Assembly: GCA_963836205.1 (NCBI GenBank)
Contig: CAWIIV010000024.1
Location: 64,001 to 128,000 of the forward strand
Source: an uncultured Acidimicrobiia bacterium
GTDB lineage: Bacteria > Actinomycetota > Acidimicrobiia > Acidimicrobiales > AC-14
DNA: 64,000 nt
Direction: 5' to 3'
The notes under the pieces were generated by a model. The model was not told the DNA's origin, did not search any database, and saw nothing but the letters and a program-made list of their open reading frames with translations. A program made the translations under genes and the position numbers. Positions 55,899 to 64,000 of this stretch are shown in pieces (position 1 is the stretch's first letter; each line of letters begins with the position of its first letter).

Positions 55899-58800
55899 TC
55901 AGCCCGGGATGACCAACGCGTGGGCGACGCCGGCGGAGATGGACCGCACGGCCGTGATGTCGGGGGTCGCGACCGGGGTGTGGCGGTCGATCGTCGTTCC
56001 GTCGCCGAGTTGGCCGAAGGTGTTCCATCCCCACGAGACCACCGAACCGTCCTGCCGGACGGCGTGGGAGTGATAGCCGCCGGCCGCCACTGACGCGATC
56101 CCGGCCGCGGCGGGCACGGCGGCGGGGGTGGGAGACGAGGTCGTCCCGGCCCGGCCGAGTTGGCCGGCGTTGTTGTAGCCCCACGACCAGACCGTCCCGT
56201 CCGACCGGACGGCGACGGTGTGGCCGATGCCCGCCGAGACCGACCGGACGCCGGTGAGGCCGACGACGGTGACCGGGGCGGGCCGGTCGGTGGTGGTGCC
56301 GTCGCCCACCTGGCCGAGGGCGTTCCATCCCCATCCCGCGACCGTCTCGTCGGCGCGGACGGCGAAGGAGTGGTAGCCACCGGCGGCGATCGACGTGATC
56401 CCGATGAGGCCGGGGACCGGTGTGGGCGTGGCTACCACGATCGGACCACCGGTGCCCGTCTGGCCCACGTGGTTGTAGCCCCACGCCCAGACCGTGCCGT
56501 CGGACCGTAGGGCCAGGTTGTGGGTCGCCCCCGCCGTTACCGCCACGACGCCGGTGAGGCCGACCACCTTGATCGGGACCGCGCTGTCGGCCGTGGTGCC
56601 CGTCCCCAGTTGCCCGTAGGCGTTCCACCCCCATGCCCACACCGTGCCGTCGGACCTGAGGGCCAGTGAGTGGAAGACGCCGGCCGACACCGCCTCCACG
56701 CCGGTCAGGCCGGGGACGGCCGCCGGCGACGACCGGTTGGCCGTGGCGCCCGTCCCCAGTTGTCCGACGTGGCCCAGGCCCCACGACCAGACCCCGCCGC
56801 CCACCACGGCCAGCGAGTGGAACCCGCCGGCGGCGACGGACGTGGCCCCGGTCGGCCCCACGGCGACCGCGGCCGGCCGGGCCGTCGTCGAACCGTCGCC
56901 CACCTGGCCGTAGCCGTTGAACCCCCATGCCCGGGCCGGGGCCGGCACCGGCACCGTGGTGCTCGTGGTGGTCGTCGTCGAGGAGGACGACGTGGGCGTC
57001 GATGTCGACGTGGTGACCGGCGGTGGGGGCGTGGGTTCGCCGGCCCCCTCGAGGAGCCACACCCGGTTGGCGACGAGGTCGGAGAGGTACAGGTCGCCGT
57101 CGACGTCGACGGCCAGGCCGGAGGCGTACACGGGTACCGACGTGGGGTCGACCGTCGCCCCGCCCGGCCCCTGGCCCAACTCCCCGTTTCCTGCGACGGT
57201 CGAGATGATCCCGTCCGTCCCGACCTTGCGCACCCGGCGGTTGGCGGAGTCGAAGAAGAAGAGGTTGCCGGCACCGTCGACCGTGGCCGTGGAGACGGGC
57301 GCGTGCAGCTCCCATCCCAGGTCGAGGTCGGCCTCCAGGGCGGGGCCGCCGTCGCCCGCGAAACCCTTGGTCCCCGACCCGGCGAGGGTGGAGATGGTGC
57401 CGTCGGCGAGGGAGACGACCCGCACCCGGTGGGACAGGGAGTCGAGCACGAGCACGCCGCCGGTGCCGTCGAGGGCCATGGCGACGGGCTGCATGGCCGC
57501 CTCGGTGGCGGGAATCCCGTCGTCGAAGCTCGTCCCGCCGCCGGCGATGGTCGTGATCTCGCCGTCGGTGCCGACTCGGCGGATGCGTTGGTGGGCCATG
57601 TCGGACAGGTAGCCGACGCCGTCAGCGTCGATGGCCATGCCCGAGACGGCGATGCTGACGTCGGTGGCGGGCCGGCCGTCCTCCGGGTCGGGGGCGTACC
57701 AGCCGGCGCCCGCCCACGGCCAGGTCACCCCGTCGGGGTCGATCCGGCGGACGGTGTTCCACTGCGTTCCGACGACGACGTACTGAGACCCGTCGGGCCC
57801 GAAGGTGACCGCCTGGGGTCGGAAGTCGCGATCGAGCATGCCCTGGACGCGGCCGTCGGCCGTCGACCGGATCGTCCCGCCGGGCGTGACGCGGCGCACG
57901 CGGCCGTTGCCGGTGTCGGCCACGAGCAGGTTGCCGTCCTCGCCGAAGGCGAGGCCGCGCGGGCCGGAGAGTTGGGCCCGCACTGCGGGACCGCCGTCGC
58001 CGCCGAGAGAGATGGTCCCGTTGCCGGCAACGGTGGAGATCACGCCGTCGGGAGCGATGCGGCGGGTGCGACGACGGCCGGCCTCGGCCACGTACAGGTT
58101 GCCCGCCCCGTCGAGGGCGACGCCCCATGGCTGGAGGGCAACGCCCCGAGCCTGGTCGCCGTCGTGGGGTGCGACCTCGGTGCCGGCCTGGGTGACCACC
58201 CACTGACCGTTGCCCCCGATGGTCGACAGGTAGCCGGAGGGGTCGAGCCGACGGACCCAGCGGTGGTCGCTCAGGTAGAGGTTGCCGGCGCCGTCGGCGA
58301 CGATCCCCGAGCCGGCCACCGGGATCTGGATGCCGGGACCCTCGGCGCCGTACTCCCGGTTGCCGTTGCCGACGATCGTCGTGATCGTGCCGAAGGTGTC
58401 GACCCGGCGGATGCGGCCGCCGTCCTGGAGGTAGAGGTTCCCGGCGGGATCGAAGGCGAGGGCCCCCGGGCCGGAGAGTCGGGCCTTCGGTGGCGGGGCC
58501 GCCGTCGCCGGCAAAGGCCGACGACCCGCCCACGCCGACCGCGGCCACGACCCGTCCCGACAGGTGGTCGACCTTGCGCACGCGGGTGGGGTAGTCGGAG
58601 AAGTAGACGTCGCCGTTCGGGGCGATGGCCACGCCGAGGGGCATGACCCACGCCTCGGTGGCGAGCACCCCGTCGTCCCGGGTGGATCCACCGCCGGCCA
58701 CGGTGGTGATGAAGCCGGCGGTGTCGACCCGCCGGATCCTCCCCCCGTAGTAGTCGCCGATGAACAGGTTGCCGGCGGGGTCGAAGGCGAGGCTGAACGG

Positions 58801-59143
58801 GTCGTTCAGGGTGGCGGCCACGGCCGGCCCGCCGTCGCCGTCGAGTGCCGGGACGGCCGGTGCCGACGACGACCTCCTCGTGGCCGGTGGCGAGGTCGAT
58901 GGCCCGGACGACGTGGTTGGCCCGGTCGGCCAGGTAGAGACGACCGTCCCACTGGGCCAGCCCGTAGGCGTCCTGGGCCACGTTCGGACCGGGGCCCGAC
59001 CCCAACGATCCGGCGTGGACCACGAGCTCGCCCTCGGCCGCGGCCGCGGGCGAGAGGGGGGCGCCGACCAGCCCGAGGGCCGCGACGAGGACGGCGAGGG
59101 CCGTCCAGACAGACATCACCTGGCGATTCCGCCGTTGTCGCAC
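55899..59143 (-). CDS. Secreted NHL-repeat + RCC1-repeat protein (frameshifts near 58850 and 58485)
   Basis: Signal peptide in ORF 58271..59143; NHL repeats (GDGGPA..A.L..P.GLA.D..GNL) spread across three frames; C-terminal RCC1 repeats (GTVWAWGWN.YGQLG). Confidence 0.8.
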
Positions 59144-59262
59144 ACCGTCGCCTATCGGTCGTCGCCGCCCCCGACTTGACCCATTCCGCTCAAGGCGGGG
59201 TCCGCGGGGGTCGATGCCAGACGAGACCCTGATCGGAGGACGGCGTGCTGGCGAAGTCGAGA

Positions 59263-62200
59263 ATGCCCCTGTTCCGCGGCGCGGTGATCGGCGCGCTCGT
59301 GGCCGTCACCGGGCTACCCGTCGTGGCGGTGGCGACGGCGATCTCGACGGCCGCGGTCGCGGCCGCGGCCACGCCCGTCGTGGGTACCGTCCTGACCTCG
59401 TTCCGGCCGGGCGCCGACGACGCCGCCCGGGCCCTCGCCGACCCCGGTGACGGGTACGTGGTCGTGGCCGGCGACGCGGGCGGCGACTTCGGCGTCACCC
59501 GGGTCAACTTCGCCGCCGGCCTGGCCGACCCGTCCTTCGGCGGCGACGGCCAGGTGACCACCGACTTCGGGGGACGCCCGGACGTGGCCAACGCCGTCGC
59601 TTCCGGCCCCTCCCGGACGACCGTGGCCGCGGGCAACGACCGGCGGCGACCTGGCCGTCGCCCGCTACGACCCCTCCGGCGCCCTCGACCGCGCCTTCGG
59701 CACCGAAGGACGGGTCGTCGTCGATCTGGGCGGCTCCGACGACGCCGCCTACGCGGTCACCGCCCCCCTCGGGGGCACAGGTCGTCGTCGCCGGGGGCAA
59801 CGCCGGCTCGATGGTCGTGCTCCGCCTCGCGACCGACGGCTCGCCCGACGCCTCGTTCGGCGCCTCCGGCCGGGCCGTCGTCCCCTTCGCGCACCCGCCC
59901 GGGCCCTCGTCACCCAGCCCGACGGCCGGCTCGTCGTGGCCGGCGGGGGCCCGTCCGGCATCGGCGTCGCCCGGCTCACCGCCGCCGGCACGCTCGACCC
60001 CACCTTCGGGTCCGTCGGTGTGGCTCGCCTCGGCGCCGCCGGTACTACGGCCGGCGCCCTCGCCCTCCTCCCCGACGGACGGCTGCTGGTCGCGGGTGGC
60101 GCCGCCGGCAACGTCGTCCTCGCCCGCCTCCTGCCCGACGGGCTCCCCGACCCCACGTTCGGCATCAACGGCCTCGTGGCTGCGCCCGACTTCGGCCAGG
60201 ACGACACCGCCCGGGGCATCTCGGTCGACGCTGACGGCCGGCTGCGGGTGGTCGGCGACGCCGCCGGCGGGTCGGGGTTCTTCGCCACCTTCCTGCCGAG
60301 CGGAGCGCTGGACACGTCGATGGCCGGCGGCTTCCGGCGGACGCAGCCGCTCCGGGCCATCCAGCCCGTGATCGGCGGCGGATGGTACGTGGCCGGAACC
60401 CGCACCGGGTCCTACGACCAGGACTTTCTCCTGGCCCGGGCCGGATCGGACGGGTGGGTCAGCACCGGCCTCCTGTCGGGACCAGACTTCGGCGCCCCCG
60501 TCGAGCTGGCCCGTGGCGCGGTGCGGCTGCCCGACGGGCGCATCCTCGCCGCCGGTGAGACGAGCGGCTCCATCGGGCTCGTCCGCCACCTGGTCGACGG
60601 AACCCGCGATCCCGCCTTCGGCATCGGGGGACGGGTGGTGAGCGACCTGGCCTGGTTCCCGAGCGCGGTGGCCGTCCAGGCCGGCGGGCGCATCGTCGTG
60701 GCCGGCCACCGGGACGACGCCATGGCCCTCGTCGGCTTCCGTCCCGACGGCTCCCCCGACCCCACCTTCGGGACCAATGCCCGCACGCTCACCGATCTCG
60801 CCGGCTACGAGACGCCCACCGCCATCGTCGTGCTCCCCGACGGCGGGCTGCTGGTCGCCGGAACCACCTCCGACGGCAGCTTCCTCGCCCGCTACCTGCC
60901 CGACGGCCAGCCGGACCCGGGGTATGGCACGGGCGGCGTGGTCATGGGCTCGCTCGGCGTCGGGTGGGGGCCTGCCTCAGGCCGTCGTGCGCCAATCCGA
61001 CGGCAAGCTCGTCGCCGCCGGCTCCAACACCGTGCGGCGGGCCAACGCCGACGGCTCGACCGACACGGCGTTCGGCACGGCGGGCACGACCACGTTCGAG
61101 CCCCACGTCCTGCGGAACGCTTCCGCCCTCGCCCTCCAGCCCGACGGCCGCATCCTCGTCGGTGGCCGCTCGATCAGCGACGGCTTTGCCATCGTCCGCC
61201 TCCTCCCCAACGGGGTGATCGACGGGTCGTGGACAACCGTGCGGACCGAGTTCGCGGAGGAGAACGGCGGCTCGGGCCGGGTCGACGTGCTGCGGACGCT
61301 GCTCCCCGCGGCCGACGGCGGGGTCTTGGCGGTGGGCGGGGCCGGGATCTCCCGCTACCGGTCCGACGGCTCCCCCGACCCCGGCTTCGGCGGCGGCGGC
61401 CAGGCCCTGCTCCTCCCCGGCGACCGCGACGCCGTCGCCGCCTTCGTCGCCGGCGGGTTCGTCGTCAGCGTCGGCTCCGCCCGCAACGGTTCGCACCCGC
61501 CGGGGTTCGTGGTGATCACCACCAGGGTGCCGGTGGGAGGCCTGTTCCACCCCCTTCCGCCCACCCGCATCCTCGACACCCGCACGGGTCTGGGCATGAT
61601 CCACCCCACAGGGCCGGGCAAGCTGGCGGCCGGGCGGATGCTGTATCTGAAGGTCGCGGGGCGGGGCGGCGTGCCGATCTCAGGCGTGGGCGCAGTGGCG
61701 CTCAACCTCACCGCCACCGAGCCGACGGCGGGCAGCTTCGTCACCCTCTGGCCCGGCAACCGGGCCCAGCCCAACGCATCGAACCTCAACTTCTCCGCCG
61801 GCCAGACGGTGGCCAACTTGGCGGTGGTGCTGGTCGACAACGACGGGTCGATGCGGCTGGCCAACGCCGCCGGCGCGGTCCACCTCGTCGTCGACGTGGC
61901 CGGGTGGTATGGCGACGGCTCCGAGGTCGGCGGCCAGACCTTCCACCCGGTGGCGCCCAGCCGGGTCCTCGACACCCGGGACGGCAATGGGGCGCAGGCG
62001 GCCAAGGTGGGACCGGGCGGCGTGGTGAGCCTGCTGGTCGCGGGGCGGGGCGGCGTGCCCGCCAGCGGTGCCACCGCGGTGGTCATGAACCTCACCGTCA
62101 CCGAACCGACCGCGGGGAACTTCGTGACGGTGTGGCCGGCCGGCGAGGCTCTGCCCAACGCGTCCAACGTCAACGTCGTCGCCGGGCAGACGCGGGCCAA

Positions 62201-62687
62201 CCTGGTGATGGTGCCGATCGGTGCCGGCGGAAGGGTCTACCTCTACAACTTCAACGGGTCGGCCCACCTGATCGCCGACGTCGCCGGCTGGTTCAGCAGC
62301 CCGGCCGACATCGACGGCCGGCCGCTCCACGCGGTGGTGAGCCCGACCCGCATCCTCGACACCCGGGTCGGCAACGGGGCTTCCCTGGCCAAGGTCGGCT
62401 CGGGGGCCACCCTCGCCCTCCAGGTCACCGGCCGGGGGGGCCTGCCGGCGACGGGCGTGACCGCGGTGGTCCTCAACGTGACCGTGACCGACGCCACCCA
62501 GGCCGGCTTCGTCACCGCCTACCCGTTCGGCGGGGCCCGCCCCAACTCCTCCAGCCTCAACTTCACCGCCGGCGACACCGTCCCCAACCTGGTCGTGGTG
62601 CCCGTGGGCCCCGGGGGCGTGGTGAACCTCTACAACCGCACGGGCACGACGAACCTGATCGCCGACGTGGCCGGCTGGTTCGGGTAG
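59263..62687 (+). CDS. Secreted delta-60-repeat protein with three C-terminal surface-associated repeat modules (several frameshifts)
   Basis: Repeats 'LPDGRILVAG...DG..DPTFG..G' across ORFs 59245, 59811, 59936 and 60777; three copies of P.R.LDTR...V.LN.T...NLNF..G.T..NL...L..DVAGW. Confidence 0.78.
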
Positions 62688-62744
62688 GCGCCGGGCAGGG
62701 GACTTGCACGGGGTGGATCACGATCCGCTGGCCCACAGCGTCCG

Positions 62745-62939
62745 CCACGTGCTCGGTGGAGCGACCACAGGAGGCGGTCATCGCGCGCCGCGGCCACGAG
62801 GGCGCCCGTGTCATACGTGAGTCCGTCGGCGTTCCTGGCGATGGACAGGTCAAGGGCAGGAGGTCGACGTCGTCGTCGGAGAACCGCCATCGACGCTGAC
62901 GAGAGCGAGTGCCTCGTGCTGCGCCTGGGCGATACGCAT
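62745..62939 (-). pseudogene. Two PIN/VapC toxin gene remnants
   Basis: RIAQAQHEALALVSVD...DVDLLPL resembles a VapC C-terminus; GLTYDTGALVAAARDDR.LWSLH resembles the N-terminus of another PIN protein. Boundaries approximate. Confidence 0.45.
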
Positions 62940-62990
62940 GCGCTCAGGGTGGTCGCCTAACCGATGAGTTTCGGGGGAATGGATCGTCCT

Positions 62991-63743
62991 ATGGACATGG
63001 CCCTTCCCGAGGTTGTCTCCCGTGACGAATGGCTGGCGGCGCGCAAGGCGTTCCTGATCCGGGAGAAGGAGCTCACCCGCCAACGGGATGCGTTGGTCGC
63101 CGACCGGCGCCGGCTGCCGATGGTGAGGATCGACAAGGAGTACGTCTTCGAGGGGCCGGACGGCAAGGCCACCCTCCTCGACCTGTTCGAGGGCCGGCGC
63201 CAGCTCATCGTGGGCCACTTCATGTTCGACCCGACCTGGGACGACGGCTGCTCGAGCTGCTCGGCGGGGGCGATGGAGATGTCGGAGGGACTCCTCGAGC
63301 ACCTCCGGATCCGGGACACGTCGTTCACCTACGTCTCCCGGGCGCCTATCGCCAAGATCGAGGACTACAAGCGGCGGCGGGGGTGGACGTTCCCCTGGCA
63401 CTCGTCGTACGGGAGCGACTTCAACTACGACTTCCACGTGACCCTCGACCCGTCGGTCGCCCCGGTCATGTACAACTACCGCACGCCGGAGGAGCACGAG
63501 GCTGCGGGCACGGCCGGGTACGTCGAGGGCGGGTGGCCGGTCGAGGGTCCCGGCCGGAGCAGTTTCCTGCGCGAGGGGGAGGACATCTTCCACACTTACT
63601 CCGTCTTCGCCCGAGGGACGGAGACGATCGGAGGTTCGTACTACATGCTCGACGAGACGGCACTTGGTCGGCAGGAGGCGTGGGAGGAGCCGAAAGGGCG
63701 GGCGGTCGACGCCCGGGGCAACCGGCCGGACTTCTCCTCGTGA
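62991..63743 (+). CDS. DUF899 thioredoxin-like protein
   Basis: EKELTR.RD...RRRLPMV, DLFEGRRQL, GCSSCS, FNYDF, LD.TALGRQE.WE; start uncertain (62964/62979/62991). Confidence 0.92.
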   Translation: MDMALPEVVSRDEWLAARKAFLIREKELTRQRDALVADRRRLPMVRIDKEYVFEGPDGKATLLDLFEGRRQLIVGHFMFDPTWDDGCSSCSAGAMEMSEGLLEHLRIRDTSFTYVSRAPIAKIEDYKRRRGWTFPWHSSYGSDFNYDFHVTLDPSVAPVMYNYRTPEEHEAAGTAGYVEGGWPVEGPGRSSFLREGEDIFHTYSVFARGTETIGGSYYMLDETALGRQEAWEEPKGRAVDARGNRPDFSS

Positions 63744-64000
63744 CCGCCACCGGTGACGTGCTGGTGCTGGTCGGCACGTCGAAGGGGCTTGTTCACGCTT
63801 GTCGTCGGGGCCGGCCCGCGACTCGTGGACATTGGCCGGGCCGTCGTTCCCGGGCGAGGAGATCTACTCGGCGGTCGTCGACGGGCGGGGCGGGCGCAAC
63901 CGGCTGCTGGTGGGCGCCACCAGCTCCCACTGGGGACCGTCGGTGTACCGGTCCGACGACCTCGGCGATTCGTGGGTGGAGCCGTCGGCGGGAACGCTGG
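63740..64000 (+). CDS. BNR/Asp-box (sialidase-like) protein, 5' part, frameshifted
   Basis: VLVLVGTSKG...HWGPSVYRSDDLGDSW; GTG overlaps the upstream stop; runs off the window. Confidence 0.75.
   Translation, partial: MTATGDVLVLVGTSKGLVHACRRGRPATRGHWPGRRSRARRSTRRSSTGGAGATGCWWAPPAPTGDRRCTGPTTSAIRGWSRRRERW

Overview
High-GC actinobacterial chromosome segment, probably Acidimicrobiia-like judging by gene content and many apparently leaderless starts. From left to right it holds: a three-gene copper operon (anchored two-domain multicopper oxidase, cupredoxin/His-rich beta-propeller protein, CopC-CopD fusion); the dnaK-grpE-dnaJ-hspR operon with a HAIR operator; a complete 1,878-bp IS1595-family element (26-bp perfect TIRs, 8-bp TSD) carrying three passenger ORFs and inserted into a REP-like hairpin; housekeeping and regulatory genes (NUDIX, M1 peptidase, PAC2, LtrA, a two-component system, ECF42/DGPF, lhr-nei, MFS, CBS-citrate synthase, lnt, P450, B12 radical SAM, ccmF, GlxA/AraC); two lower-GC islets; and several large secreted repeat proteins. 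The observations most worth following up are: the candidate new copper enzyme; a leaderless Cys-Cys leader peptide with an anti-SD hairpin upstream of cysteine dioxygenase/rhodanese; a dispersed family of 45-48-nt hairpins, one doublet inserted between lhr and nei with a 7-bp duplication and one copy beside an AbiEi/DUF559 nuclease gene; and an LNPQPLPP-repeat small protein paired with an 8-Cys protein. Many genes carry single frameshifts, which suggests assembly indel errors, so pseudogene calls are tentative. All family assignments come from motif recognition by eye; no database searches were run.
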